Source: Methanofastidiosum sp. (GTDB taxonomy: Archaea > Methanobacteriota_B > Thermococci > Methanofastidiosales > Methanofastidiosaceae). Taken from it: a stretch of DNA of 64,000 nt. Location: the NCBI GenBank assembly GCA_040771805.1, contig JAXGZJ010000001.1, forward strand, positions 1,295,961 to 1,359,960. The letters are read 5' to 3'. Shown here piece after piece: positions 41,132 to 52,087 of this stretch; position 1 is the first letter of the stretch; each line of letters opens with the position of its first letter. Under the pieces are notes generated by a model. The model saw nothing but the letters and a program-made list of their open reading frames with translations, made no database searches and was not told where the DNA came from. The position numbers and the translations under genes were made by a program.

Positions 41132-41932
41132 TTATTTTTTAATTAATGACTTAATACCTAAAATCCCTAAATAAGAAGTTCCTGAAACAAGAACTATTGT
41201 TGCCCCAGATGGTTGATTTAGCAAAAAAGACATTCCTATTCCAAGTAACATATAAGATATTCCAATTAAAGTAGATAGTGCTATTATTCTTTTGAGACTA
41301 TTTGTGAAAATACTGGCTGTAGCTGCCGGAAGAGTCAAGAGTGCCATTGCTAGTATAATCCCTACTACACTTACTAAAACTACGACAGTTAATGCAACAA
41401 GAGATAATAAAATAATATAAATTTTTAATACAGGGACATTTGTCACCTCAGAGAATTCTTCATCAAAAGAAAAAGCTAAAAATTCATTATATCTTATAAA
41501 AATTATTAAAACAATAATAGTATTTAAGAAAATCATAATATATATATCAATTCTTGAAACAGTAAGGATATTCCCAAAAAGATAGCTTGAAAGATCTATT
41601 ATATACCCTGGAGTCATATAAATCATAAAAATACCGAATGCCATACCAATAGCCCACATTGCTCCAATTAGGGTATCCTCGCGTTGATATGTTTTTTTTG
41701 AAATTACTCCGAGTATAGAACTTGAAATTACACTAAAAATAATTGCGGTAAATAGTGGATTGTAGCCTAAAAATAATCCTAATCCTATTCCCCCAAACGC
41801 AGCATGAGAAATTCCACCAGATATAAAGACTAATCTCTTAACTACAACATATGAACCAATTATCCCACAAGCAATTGCAGCTAATATACCTGCTATAACT
41901 GCATTTTGAAAAAAAGCATATTGAAAAATCAT
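41132..41932 (-). CDS. Zn/Mn-type ABC transporter permease (ZnuB-like)
   Basis: ISHAAFGG, YLFGNIL, FDEEF, VGIIL, PAATA. Confidence 0.93.
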   Translation of the reverse strand: MIFQYAFFQNAVIAGILAAIACGIIGSYVVVKRLVFISGGISHAAFGGIGLGLFLGYNPLFTAIIFSVISSSILGVISKKTYQREDTLIGAMWAIGMAFGIFMIYMTPGYIIDLSSYLFGNILTVSRIDIYIMIFLNTIIVLIIFIRYNEFLAFSFDEEFSEVTNVPVLKIYIILLSLVALTVVVLVSVVGIILAMALLTLPAATASIFTNSLKRIIALSTLIGISYMLLGIGMSFLLNQPSGATIVLVSGTSYLGILGIKSLIKK

Positions 41933-42690
41933 TAATCTTCATGCTCCTTTAAGACTCTATGAGGTATTCCATGCCCTATTAACTCTACTGGGCACCCATA
42001 TAATTTTTCAAATAAATCTGGGGAAATACTTTTTTCTCCGTGATAATATAGTGTTTTGTTAATGCAGCATATTGTCTTAACATGAGAAGATATTGCTCCC
42101 GTGTCATGAGTAACTAAAATAATTGCCATTTTTTCTGAAAGTTTTTGAAGGAAATCGTAAAAGTTAGTTTCTGCTTGGGGGTCTATGTTAGCTGTTGGTT
42201 CATCAAGCAATAATAATTTTGGCTCTGTTGAAAGAGCTCTGGCAATTAAAGTCCTTTGAAATTGCCCTCCCGACAATTTACCAATTTGTGTATTCTTAAG
42301 ATCTAAAATTCCCATTATTTTCATAACATTTTCTGCAATATCCCTATCTATTTTAGAATATCTTCTCAAAAAATCAGTATGGCCAATTCTTCCACTGAGA
42401 ACTACTTGTTCAACACTTATTGGGAAGTTTCTATCTATGTGGGCATACTGCGGTACATATCCTACATATCTTCTTCCCTCTTTGGGAGTTTTATTGAAAA
42501 GAAGTACTCTGCCCTCTGTAGGAGTGAGTAAACCAAGTATTATTTTCAATAAAGTTGATTTCCCACTACCATTTGGGCCAATTATACCAACAAAATCATC
42601 ATCATGAATTTTAAGGTTAATGTTCTCTAACACCCTGTGATCTCCATAATCAAAAGATAAATTTTCTATGGTTATAATCTCATTTTTCAT
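41932..42690 (-). CDS. Zn/Mn-type ABC transporter ATPase (ZnuC-like)
   Basis: GPNGSGKS, GYVPQ, LSGGQFQR, LLLDEP, His/Cys-rich tail. Confidence 0.93.
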   Translation of the reverse strand: MKNEIITIENLSFDYGDHRVLENINLKIHDDDFVGIIGPNGSGKSTLLKIILGLLTPTEGRVLLFNKTPKEGRRYVGYVPQYAHIDRNFPISVEQVVLSGRIGHTDFLRRYSKIDRDIAENVMKIMGILDLKNTQIGKLSGGQFQRTLIARALSTEPKLLLLDEPTANIDPQAETNFYDFLQKLSEKMAIILVTHDTGAISSHVKTICCINKTLYYHGEKSISPDLFEKLYGCPVELIGHGIPHRVLKEHED

Positions 42691-42694
42691 GTTA

Positions 42695-43582
42695 TTACTT
42701 CTTCTTTATTTTGATAGCAGTTATTTTAAGATTTTCAATATAATTTTCAGCTAGGGGATCTATTACCTCTATCTTTCCGTCAATCTCTTTTGAAATTATT
42801 TCGGCCGCTTTACTACTAAATCCAGGTGAGATAAATATTGTTTTGAGGTCGTTTCTTTTAGCATCTTCTATTATACTTACAAGTGATTGCAAAGTTGGCT
42901 CTTTTCCTTCGATTTCAATAGCGATTTGTGTTAGATTGTAATCATTTGCAAAATATCCCCATGAAGGGTGAAATATAATGAAAGACCTATTTTCTAATGT
43001 CCTAAGTTCCCCTTTAATAAAATTATCCGTCTCTTCCAATCTATTTAAATAAACATCCCTATTTTTCAGATAATATTCTTTATTTTCTGGATCTACTAAC
43101 ACTAGACCTTCATATATATTTTGAATCATTGTTTTCCCGTTTTTTAATGAAGTCCAGATATGGGGGTCTTTTTCTCCCTTTATTTCAGCTTCATTTTCAT
43201 TTGAATACTTCTTTGATTTAACTTCTATTAATTCAATTCCTTTAGAACTATCTACAATGAGCATTTTTTTATTTAAATCCTTAATTTTATCCATATATCT
43301 TATTTCAAACTCAATGCCTGAGCCAATCATAAAATAAACATCTGCTTTAGATAGTTCTATCAGTTGGTTTGGTTTTAATTCAGCATTATGAGGATCACTC
43401 CCTTGTGAAACTAGAATTATAACATTAACTTTTTCCCCTCCAATTGCTTCAATCATTTCTTTTTGTGGGGGTATAGATGCATAAACAATGACCCTATTGT
43501 TTGAGCTTATTTTTTGATTCACACATCCAAGTGAAAAAGCTAGAATAAATATCATTAGAATTGGTAAAAAATATTTCTTAAT
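42695..43582 (-). CDS. Zn/Mn-type ABC substrate-binding lipoprotein (ZnuA-like); probable ATT start
   Basis: DPH, DPHIW, FHPSW, DPL ligands; lipobox SLGC; upstream in-frame (I)KKYFLPIL completes the signal peptide. Confidence 0.9.
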   Translation of the reverse strand: MKKYFLPILMIFILAFSLGCVNQKISSNNRVIVYASIPPQKEMIEAIGGEKVNVIILVSQGSDPHNAELKPNQLIELSKADVYFMIGSGIEFEIRYMDKIKDLNKKMLIVDSSKGIELIEVKSKKYSNENEAEIKGEKDPHIWTSLKNGKTMIQNIYEGLVLVDPENKEYYLKNRDVYLNRLEETDNFIKGELRTLENRSFIIFHPSWGYFANDYNLTQIAIEIEGKEPTLQSLVSIIEDAKRNDLKTIFISPGFSSKAAEIISKEIDGKIEVIDPLAENYIENLKITAIKIKKK

Positions 43583-43747
43583 GTCATCCCCCTATATACT
43601 AGTGTACCTAATATTATTTAAATATTTCTATAATAAAAATTAATAATAAATATCCAATAAATTAATAATTATGCCTCAAATTAATCAATCATTTGATATA
43701 ATCATTTTAGAGGGGTATGTGGATTATAATAAAAAAATAGATGCTTT

Positions 43748-44617
43748 TTAATATATTACTTTGTTTAATGAATATTCAATTATTCCTTCTGCACCAGCAT
43801 TTTTTAATTTTGGAATTAAACCTCTGATTATTTTTTCATCTACAATTGTTTCAACTGCTACCCACCCATCAGAACTTAAATTAGAGATTGTAGGTTTTCT
43901 TAAAGCCGGTAATACAGATACCACTTCTTCTAAATTTATCTTTTGTACATTCATTTTTACGCCGACCATTGTTTCTGCTGCTAATGCACCTTTGAGTAAT
44001 AAAAAAAGATCTTCAGTTTTTTTCCTTTTCCAACTGCTTTTCCAGGATTCTTTGTTACTTATAAGTACAGTTGTAGACTCTAAAATGGTGTCAAGAACTC
44101 GGAGATTATTTGCTTTAAGCGATGATCCCGTCTCAGTAAGATCTACAATTGCATCAACAAGTTCGGGTACTTTGGCTTCAGTAGCTCCCCAAGAAAACTC
44201 TACAGAAGCGTCTAATCCTTTATCTGCTAAGTATTTTTTTGTAATATTAACAACTTCAGTTGCAATTCTTTTTCCATTTAAATCATCTATAGTCTTAATT
44301 TTTGAGGATTCAGATACGGCCAAAACCCACCTTACAGGTTTTAATCCTTGTTTTGCGTAGATTAACTTACCAACTGTAATAACATCAGCATTATTTTCTA
44401 TCGTCCAATCTAAACCAGTCAGACCAATGTCAATTATTCCTTTTTCAACATATCTAGGTATTTCTTGTGCCCTAATTAATAAACATTCAATATTTGGATC
44501 ATCTATAGAAGGTTTATAAGATCTAGAGGAAACATTAATTGAATATCCAGCTTTTTTAAACATATTAAGGGTAGATTCTTGAAGACTACCCTTCGGTAAT
44601 CCTATCTTAAGTATCAT
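43748..44617 (-). CDS. hisG: ATP phosphoribosyltransferase (long form)
   Basis: [35 protein letters not shown]-terminal regulatory domain. Confidence 0.95.
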   Translation of the reverse strand: MILKIGLPKGSLQESTLNMFKKAGYSINVSSRSYKPSIDDPNIECLLIRAQEIPRYVEKGIIDIGLTGLDWTIENNADVITVGKLIYAKQGLKPVRWVLAVSESSKIKTIDDLNGKRIATEVVNITKKYLADKGLDASVEFSWGATEAKVPELVDAIVDLTETGSSLKANNLRVLDTILESTTVLISNKESWKSSWKRKKTEDLFLLLKGALAAETMVGVKMNVQKINLEEVVSVLPALRKPTISNLSSDGWVAVETIVDEKIIRGLIPKLKNAGAEGIIEYSLNKVIY

Positions 44618-44728
44618 TATAATCACTTTATTATAAAAAATTCATTCTCAAAACTATTTATATATTTTATGTAAATATTGAAGTAGTTTAGGATTATATT
44701 TTTAACAAAGTAAAATATTAAAAAATAT

Positions 44729-46138
44729 CTATTTTTTAATTGGCCGAATAGGTTCTATATATGGTCTTGAAATTGGTTGTTGTGAGGGCCTAACGTTTTG
44801 TTGATTAGAGGGTTTGGATATCTTTCCTTTAATATTGAAAGTTCTACCGCCGCCACTTCCACCTTTTCCTCTGATTAATATAATTAAAAGTATTGCCACT
44901 ATAATTGCAAGTAATATCTCAATTATTGTATGAATAGAAAATGTAGTTAAACTTTCTCCTCCAGATCCCGAAACTCCCCCAAGAATTCCTCCAAGCGGCC
45001 TATTGGCTGCATTCATAGCATCTTCACATAATTGAACTGATTGACAGTCATTAATTTCAGTGTAAAGCGCTTTTGCCTCAGAGTAAAATGAAACTGCATT
45101 TTTTAGATCTCCTGAAAAGAATTTGTTTTGGCCCTGCATGAATTTATCATTAGCTTCCATTCTTTTAATTAATTTATCAATCTCTTGTACAACTAATATG
45201 TTATTATTTTCTTGGTATATTTCTCTTGCTTGAAGTAAAGATATTTTTGCATTTTCATAATCACAAGCATCATAATATAATCTTCCCTGATCATAAAAAT
45301 TCTTACCAACATTCTTTACTGTAGCGCTGATTTCTCTGAACATGTCATAATCTGCACCATATTTATCAGAGTAAACAAGTCTAACCCTAATCACTTGAGT
45401 TCCTATGGGGGCTTCATAAGAAGCTCGAATATAAAGTGAACCTGTAATTTGCCCTCCAGGCGGTAAAACACTTTGATTAACCGGAGGGTCAATAATCCCT
45501 TTAACCATTGGGGTATCTTGGACTACAGTCATTTTAAGATTATAAGCAGATTCAGTATTATTGATATTACTAATCCTAAATGGGATGTTTGGCAAATACG
45601 GAACTACTAACTCTACTTCACAAACTCCCTGTTCTATATCTATTTGATATCTATCAAACTCAAGAGTAATTAATGGATCATTTCTTTTAATTTTTATTGT
45701 GGAAAATACAGTCAATAATGAGGGTTCACAACCCTCCCTACATCCACCTATTCCAGTAGCTACGACTACAGGAAGTAAGTATTCGCCGCTTAATGCCTTT
45801 GTAGTAACTTTCACCACTAAAATAACACTAGACTCTTGTTCAGGATCCATCCTGACTGGGAATAACTTCTTTCCTTCTATTACTTGAAAAGCAGCTTTTG
45901 CCTCTTTTGTCATAGAATCTTCATCAATATACGCGAGTGTATCCCACATTACATCGTTTACAGTATTTTTAACCTTAACAGTAACTTTAAGCTCTTGATT
46001 CGGCGTTGCTTCAGTGGCATAATCTAATGAAACTTCAGGGATTAGATTTTTTGTATCTTCTTCTGGGGCAACAATAAATGCCCCGAAATTAGAAAATAAC
46101 ACTAATAAAATCAAAATACTCGTTATTGATTTATTCAT
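44729..46138 (-). CDS. surface protein: two Ig-like (COG1361/CARDB-like) domains, helical repeat region, C-terminal TM
   Basis: N-terminal signal, VTVKVKN and FRISN beta repeats, YSDKYG, TPR-like helices, TM plus basic tail. Confidence 0.7.
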   Translation of the reverse strand: MNKSITSILILLVLFSNFGAFIVAPEEDTKNLIPEVSLDYATEATPNQELKVTVKVKNTVNDVMWDTLAYIDEDSMTKEAKAAFQVIEGKKLFPVRMDPEQESSVILVVKVTTKALSGEYLLPVVVATGIGGCREGCEPSLLTVFSTIKIKRNDPLITLEFDRYQIDIEQGVCEVELVVPYLPNIPFRISNINNTESAYNLKMTVVQDTPMVKGIIDPPVNQSVLPPGGQITGSLYIRASYEAPIGTQVIRVRLVYSDKYGADYDMFREISATVKNVGKNFYDQGRLYYDACDYENAKISLLQAREIYQENNNILVVQEIDKLIKRMEANDKFMQGQNKFFSGDLKNAVSFYSEAKALYTEINDCQSVQLCEDAMNAANRPLGGILGGVSGSGGESLTTFSIHTIIEILLAIIVAILLIILIRGKGGSGGGRTFNIKGKISKPSNQQNVRPSQQPISRPYIEPIRPIKK

Positions 46139-46272
46139 ACTATATAAGTAAGGCATTAAATTCTTTATAAACTTTTGTATATGATATGACATGGTTTAAT
46201 ACGCATATTATTTATATTAGGACCATCTAAAAAGTTTTAAATAGTACTAAGTACAATAGTTTGGTGATATGA

Positions 46273-47049
46273 ATGGTATCGAATCTTCAAGAGCAGATGA
46301 AGGCTCAAAAGATGAACATTAACGAAAGAATGTCAAAAATAGGGAAAAAGATTGCTATCGGAAGTGGTAAAGGGGGAGTTGGAAAATCCGTTGTTACATC
46401 TCTTATTGCCTCATATCTTGCAAAACAAGGAAAAACTGTAGGAATACTGGATCTGGATATTACTGGTCCTAGTATACCTATGATGTTTGGGATAAAAGAT
46501 AAACCAATTGCCGGAAGCTCTGGCATAATGCCTGTGGTAACTGAAAGTGGGATTAAAGTAATGTCTATGGGTTTACTTTTGTCAAATAATGAAGATGCTG
46601 TCATCTGGAGAGGTCCTCTGATTAGTGGTGCAGTATCACAATTTCTTGCAGATATCGTATGGGAAGAACTAGACTACTTACTATTCGATCTTCCTCCTGG
46701 AACAAGTGATGTCCAACTTACCCTAATGCAAAATATCAAATTAGATGGATTTTTGGTAGTTACTTCACCACAAACTCTTGCTTCTACCATTGTAAAAAAG
46801 GCAATAGCGATGGCAGAAGAGTTGAATGTCAAAGTACTGGGGGCTATAGAAAATATGTCATATGCGACATGCCCTGACTGTGGTAGCAAAATTAGACTCT
46901 TTGGCGATAGCAAAGAAAACAAGATGGGAGTTCCTATAATAGGCACAATACCAATTGATCCACAGATATCAAAATTATGTGATGATGGCAAAATTGAAAA
47001 TTATGAAATTGACCTGGGAGGTACATATAAAATTTTGGAAGGATTGTAA
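46273..47049 (+). CDS. Mrp/NBP35 (ApbC) Fe-S carrier ATPase
   Basis: SGKGGVGKS, DLDITGPSIP, WRGP, DLPPGTSD, ENMS..CPDC. Confidence 0.95.
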   Translation: MVSNLQEQMKAQKMNINERMSKIGKKIAIGSGKGGVGKSVVTSLIASYLAKQGKTVGILDLDITGPSIPMMFGIKDKPIAGSSGIMPVVTESGIKVMSMGLLLSNNEDAVIWRGPLISGAVSQFLADIVWEELDYLLFDLPPGTSDVQLTLMQNIKLDGFLVVTSPQTLASTIVKKAIAMAEELNVKVLGAIENMSYATCPDCGSKIRLFGDSKENKMGVPIIGTIPIDPQISKLCDDGKIENYEIDLGGTYKILEGL

Positions 47050-47900
47050 TGCCTGCTAAAATAAAATGTGTTGTAGATAACAATGTCAAGCTCTCCTCAA
47101 ATTTTTGGGGGGAGCATGGAATTAGTTTTTTAATTGAAAATAAGGAAAAAATTTTATTTGACACAGGAAGAAGTTTTGAAGCACTCAATCATAATCTTGA
47201 AGTATTGGGAGAAAAAAAAGAAGATATATCTAAGATTTTCTTAAGTCACGGACACTATGATCACACTGGAGGCCTAATTGAGTTAACAAAACACTGCAAT
47301 GCAAAAATATTTGCCCACCCTTCTATCTTTGAAAAAAAATATAAAAAAACATCTTTAGGGCCAAAGTATATTGGTGCGCCATTTAAGGAAAAAGATCTAA
47401 ATAACATTACTCTTACAAAAGACAGTATTGAACTATCAAAGAATATATTCACTACAGGGGAGATTGAACGTACTTTTAAATTTGAAAAGGTATCTGACTT
47501 ATTCCAGAAAAAAATCAAATCCGAATATATTCATGATGAAATAATAGATGATCAGGCTTTAATTATCAAAACTAATATTGGGGGAATTATAATCCTTGGG
47601 TGCAATCATTCCGGGCTACTAAATACAATTGAGCATTCAAAGGACTTAATAGGAGATGATGTTTTCTTAGTGCTTGGGGGCACTCACCTAGTTTCTGCTG
47701 ATGAAACTAGACTTTCTAAAACAATAGACTATTTAAAAAAATATGGCATTACTTTATTTGGATTCCATTGCACAGGAGACTATGCTTCGTTTAAGCTTCA
47801 CTATGCACTCGATAAAATGTATTGTAGGGGGTATACTGGATTTGAAGTATTAACAGAATTTGAAGGATATCACTTGGGAGAAGATACAAAGTGCCAATAA
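47049..47900 (+). CDS. MBL-fold metallo-hydrolase (COG1237)
   Basis: EHGIS, LFDTG, SHGHYDHTGG, GCNHSG, GGTHL, HCTG. Confidence 0.9.
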   Translation: MPAKIKCVVDNNVKLSSNFWGEHGISFLIENKEKILFDTGRSFEALNHNLEVLGEKKEDISKIFLSHGHYDHTGGLIELTKHCNAKIFAHPSIFEKKYKKTSLGPKYIGAPFKEKDLNNITLTKDSIELSKNIFTTGEIERTFKFEKVSDLFQKKIKSEYIHDEIIDDQALIIKTNIGGIIILGCNHSGLLNTIEHSKDLIGDDVFLVLGGTHLVSADETRLSKTIDYLKKYGITLFGFHCTGDYASFKLHYALDKMYCRGYTGFEVLTEFEGYHLGEDTKCQ

Positions 47901-47990
47901 TCATTTAATAATTTTTAATAGTTCCATAAATAGTAGTGAAATAAATTCAAAAATAATTACTTTTTTATAGTTTAGGACTTATTAATTCTT

Positions 47991-48782
47991 ATGAAGGGTT
48001 TCAAAAAACGGCAAAATATTAAAACAGACATAAGGCTTTTAGATGAATTAATTATCACTGGAATTCCTAGAGATTCGTTCATTGTTTTACTGGGAGAAGG
48101 TGGAACAGGCAAATCTGCCATAGTAGGGGAATTGTGCTATAGATTTCTTATAAAAGGAGAACCTGTGATATATGTAGCGCTTGACAATTCTCCGTCTTCT
48201 GTTTTTTCGGATATTGAGAGTCTCGGTTGGGACTTAAGCCCATTTTGTGAAAAAGGACAATTAAAGTTTTTAGATTGTTATTCCTTTAGGATGAAAGTAG
48301 ATTATGATGAAAAGTGCATTACTGTATTAAGGGAGCCAGATGATTTGCCCAATTTTACTGACAAATTAGTAAGTCTGATGGATGGACTTAATATGAATGA
48401 AAAAGGTTTAGTAGTAATAGACTCTCTTACTGAATTCATGACACTATCGGATCCTTCTCAAGTTGTAGAATCTGTAAAAAATTGGAGAGCTAGGGGGGCA
48501 AAAGAGCGAAATGTATTATTTGTTTCAACTCTTCACTTTGGACTTAAAGCTTTTGAAGGATTTGCCGACGTATTTGATTATATTGTAGACGGCATCATTG
48601 ACTTAAGATATGATCCAAATTATATGGATCAGGATTTATTGCTCAAACAAATACGAGTTAGAAAAATCAAAGGTTCAGATCATTATACAAACTGGGTTAA
48701 CTTTGTCATACAGAAGGGGGGATTAAAGTCCCTTATAATAGAAACTGGAAAATCAAAAAAGAAAAATTTAAAAAAATCATAA
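47991..48782 (+). CDS. KaiC/RAD55-like RecA-superfamily ATPase
   Basis: GIP, GEGGTGKS, VVIDSL, DGIIDL, RKIKG. Confidence 0.88.
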   Translation: MKGFKKRQNIKTDIRLLDELIITGIPRDSFIVLLGEGGTGKSAIVGELCYRFLIKGEPVIYVALDNSPSSVFSDIESLGWDLSPFCEKGQLKFLDCYSFRMKVDYDEKCITVLREPDDLPNFTDKLVSLMDGLNMNEKGLVVIDSLTEFMTLSDPSQVVESVKNWRARGAKERNVLFVSTLHFGLKAFEGFADVFDYIVDGIIDLRYDPNYMDQDLLLKQIRVRKIKGSDHYTNWVNFVIQKGGLKSLIIETGKSKKKNLKKS

Positions 48783-48824
48783 AATGATTAAATTATCAAT
48801 TAATGCTCAATTTATGGTGTGTTT

Positions 48825-51647
48825 ATGAAAAAAATATTCAAGTATTATCCTGAGGATTTCAAAGATCTGCCTGTAAAAGTAATGCATATGGATTTAGTTT
48901 TTGATATTTATGACAAATACACTAATGTATCATCTAAACTTAAGGTCAAATCACTTAATTCTCCACTATCAAAAATTGAGTTGAATGCCAAAAATCTGGA
49001 AATATTGTCTCTATATGTTGAAAATTATGAAACAAGCTATGAGTATAAAAAAGAAGACCATATTATTGTTATACATTTTGAAAATCCGATACCTCCAACC
49101 ACCGAAGTAGTTATATGTACTGAAAATATCTGTAGACCTTCTAAAAATATTTTAGAAGGATTATATTACGATGAAACGCCTCCAGGATCTCCGCCTCAGC
49201 AAATTACCCAATGTCAACAGTGGGGATTCCAAAGAATCGTACCATGTTTTGATGATATGATGGCAAAATGCACTTATACGACCACCATAATTGCCGATGA
49301 AAGGTATACTAATTTAATCACAAATGGAGATGTGGTTGAAGAAAGACATTCAATTGGAGGTGGGCGAGACAAAATAAAATATGCCAATATGGTAACTCCG
49401 ATGGCCCCTTATCTTTTCTTTTTAGGTGTTGGAACGTACTCAACTTTTAAGAGGGAATTTGAATATCCAGATGGCCATAAATTTATGTTAGAATTACTCG
49501 TACCTCCAAATTCAAAAAAAGAGGTAGCAGAAAAATCGTTGGATGTTTTATACAACTGTGTGATCTGGACATATCTATTTTCAGGCCCAAAACAATATGA
49601 AAAAATAGATATAAGAACTGAAATGATGTCATTAATAGAAGAAAGAGAAAAATCTAAAATAAATGGAGATACTCAAAAACTTGAATTGATAAGACAGAAA
49701 CTGTTTAAATTGGATTCTCAAATAATTCCAGGTTACAAATATACTGGCACAGTATACCGAGAAATTGGAATGCAAAATTCAGACTATGGCGGTATGGAAA
49801 ATGTTGGCAACACAACAATTAGCACGAATAGGATAATGCCATTCGAGGATATGACAGATAGTGGATTTGAGTATATGGCTTCTGTCAAAATTCACGAATA
49901 CTATCACAATTTAAATGGCTCTGAAGTTACTGGAAAAGACCCGTTTCAAATTTGGTTAAATGAGGCAGTAACCGTAATCATTGAAAAAAAATATCATGAG
50001 TTTCTTTTTGGAAAAGACTATGGGCGATTAAAAACTGTGTTAACACTATTGGCCCCAAGCAACGGAACTTTCGCATTAGACCAAGGCTCCTCTGTAATGC
50101 CTATACTTCCCGAAGGTTTCAACGATCCAAATGAATTAATTACTGGTGTTACTTATGTCAAAGCACCCGAATTTGTAAAAATGATTGAAACTTTTATGGG
50201 AAAAGATGTATTTGCCGAAGGTTTAGATCTTTATCATAAAAGATTTAGCCATAGAAATGCAACAACTGAAGATTGGATTAGGACAATGGAAGAAGTCTCT
50301 GGAATTAAATTTTCAGAAATGGCCAATCAATGGTTGAAACAAACAGGATTTCCCACTTTAGAGATTAAATCAAATTACAATGAAAAAATCAAAAAATTGA
50401 ATGTTGAACTAAAACAGATAGCACCTATGGAAGAAGCTTTATGGACATTTCCTTTAAAACTTGCAATTTTAAATAAAGAAGGAAATGAGATAATTGAAGA
50501 GATTATAAGAATTGATCGCTATGAAACTAACATTGTGTTTGAAAACATACCTAAATCTCATTTTTTATCTCTAAATAGGGACTACTCTTTCTATGGAAAA
50601 ATAGATTTTGAAATTACATTAGAAGAGATAATTGATCAAATAAGAAAGGATAAGGATATCATTGCGAAATACATCATGTTTTACAAACTTCTAGATAAAG
50701 AAAAAATGAGACTATTAAATAATACGAAACTAAAACCACGTGAAGAAATAATTGATATCTATTTCGAACTTATTTCTGATGAAAAATTAATGGAGAATGT
50801 AGGGGGGCAATTTCTTACGATATTTGAATCAGTGGACGATAAAAAATATGCAAATCATTATACAAAAATGTATGATGTAAAAATGAGAATAATGGAATCA
50901 ATCGGGAAAAAATACAAAAATGAACTTTTAGAAATATATAATAGATATAATGTTATGTGCCTAGGTAATAGCTACATTGAAACTAAAAGCTCGGAAATAA
51001 AAATGCGACAAGTAAAGAACCTTGCCTTGGCTATATTAGCCACTACAGATTCCCGAGAGATACATAAGATTATAAAGGAACAACTTGAAAAATCAGAGTC
51101 AGCAACAGATAAGTTAACAGCTTTCTCTTTATACCTAAACAGTTCTGCAAAAGATAAAATGGAAGTTCTAAAATCTTTTGAGGAAGTATCCAAAAAGAAT
51201 CTTGTAAGTTGGGAATCTTTCCTTGCAACTATTGCATCAAACAGCAGTAGAGATACCATTGAGATAATTAAAAGAATTCAAAATTCTGATTCATTTAGGA
51301 TTGAACAATCAAACGACCAAAGGGCACTATATGTTCAATTTGCCCATAATAGAAAGAAATCCTTAGAGACTGAAGAAGGTAGGGAATTCTTAAAGGATGT
51401 AATCATAAAATTAGCTAAAATAAATGAATACACAACAGTCAATGCGATGAAAGTGTTTGGGAATATCGATGATATGGAAGATAAGCACCATATTCCTTTA
51501 ATTAAAGTTCTTGTAGATATAATGATTAACTTAACCTTTGATGCAACGCCAAGTGTCTATAATACTGCCAGAAGACTAATACTTGGAGCCCCAATTGCTA
51601 TTGAAAAATACAAAGAAAAATATGGGGACATTGAATTTTTAAAATAA
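48825..51647 (+). CDS. pepN: aminopeptidase N (peptidase M1)
   Basis: LEGLY, TQCQ, GGMEN, HEYYH...LNE, YVKAPE. Confidence 0.9.
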   Translation: MKKIFKYYPEDFKDLPVKVMHMDLVFDIYDKYTNVSSKLKVKSLNSPLSKIELNAKNLEILSLYVENYETSYEYKKEDHIIVIHFENPIPPTTEVVICTENICRPSKNILEGLYYDETPPGSPPQQITQCQQWGFQRIVPCFDDMMAKCTYTTTIIADERYTNLITNGDVVEERHSIGGGRDKIKYANMVTPMAPYLFFLGVGTYSTFKREFEYPDGHKFMLELLVPPNSKKEVAEKSLDVLYNCVIWTYLFSGPKQYEKIDIRTEMMSLIEEREKSKINGDTQKLELIRQKLFKLDSQIIPGYKYTGTVYREIGMQNSDYGGMENVGNTTISTNRIMPFEDMTDSGFEYMASVKIHEYYHNLNGSEVTGKDPFQIWLNEAVTVIIEKKYHEFLFGKDYGRLKTVLTLLAPSNGTFALDQGSSVMPILPEGFNDPNELITGVTYVKAPEFVKMIETFMGKDVFAEGLDLYHKRFSHRNATTEDWIRTMEEVSGIKFSEMANQWLKQTGFPTLEIKSNYNEKIKKLNVELKQIAPMEEALWTFPLKLAILNKEGNEIIEEIIRIDRYETNIVFENIPKSHFLSLNRDYSFYGKIDFEITLEEIIDQIRKDKDIIAKYIMFYKLLDKEKMRLLNNTKLKPREEIIDIYFELISDEKLMENVGGQFLTIFESVDDKKYANHYTKMYDVKMRIMESIGKKYKNELLEIYNRYNVMCLGNSYIETKSSEIKMRQVKNLALAILATTDSREIHKIIKEQLEKSESATDKLTAFSLYLNSSAKDKMEVLKSFEEVSKKNLVSWESFLATIASNSSRDTIEIIKRIQNSDSFRIEQSNDQRALYVQFAHNRKKSLETEEGREFLKDVIIKLAKINEYTTVNAMKVFGNIDDMEDKHHIPLIKVLVDIMINLTFDATPSVYNTARRLILGAPIAIEKYKEKYGDIEFLK

Positions 51648-51724
51648 AATAAGACTACATATTTAAGTACAATTTTATTAAATTTATTAATAGTATAAAT
51701 CTTGAAAATAAAAAAATTAATTAT

Positions 51725-51928
51725 TTATTCAACGACGAAAATTAGTTTTACTGTAGCTTTATATTTTACAATTTTTCCATCGACTACATTTCCTGTAAGT
51801 TTCTCAACTTCCACACCTTTGATATTGTGAACTGTCTTGGAGGCAGTTAATATTGCTTTTGCTACAGCATCTTCCCAACTAATTTCAGATTTTCCTACAA
51901 TTTCTATAACTTTTGCTACATCTGACAT
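51725..51928 (-). CDS. dodecin family flavin-binding protein
   Basis: KVIEIVGKS..SWEDA..A...ASKTV. Confidence 0.9.
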   Translation of the reverse strand: MSDVAKVIEIVGKSEISWEDAVAKAILTASKTVHNIKGVEVEKLTGNVVDGKIVKYKATVKLIFVVE

Positions 51929-52087
51929 AGTAATCACATCATATTAACACGTCATTCTATAAATAGCTTTTGAAATTTCAATAAATGATACTAAAAATAA
52001 AAGTAAATTACAATTTGTAAAAATGTGTCTAAAAATAGCTGCATTTGTATAGATATATTTTTATTCAATTAAATATTAATGTAAAAT

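Noticed and set aside
43596..43680. NikR operator upstream of the SBP gene
   Set aside because: Only TATTA-N14-TAATA-type matches in very AT-rich sequence; indistinguishable from background.
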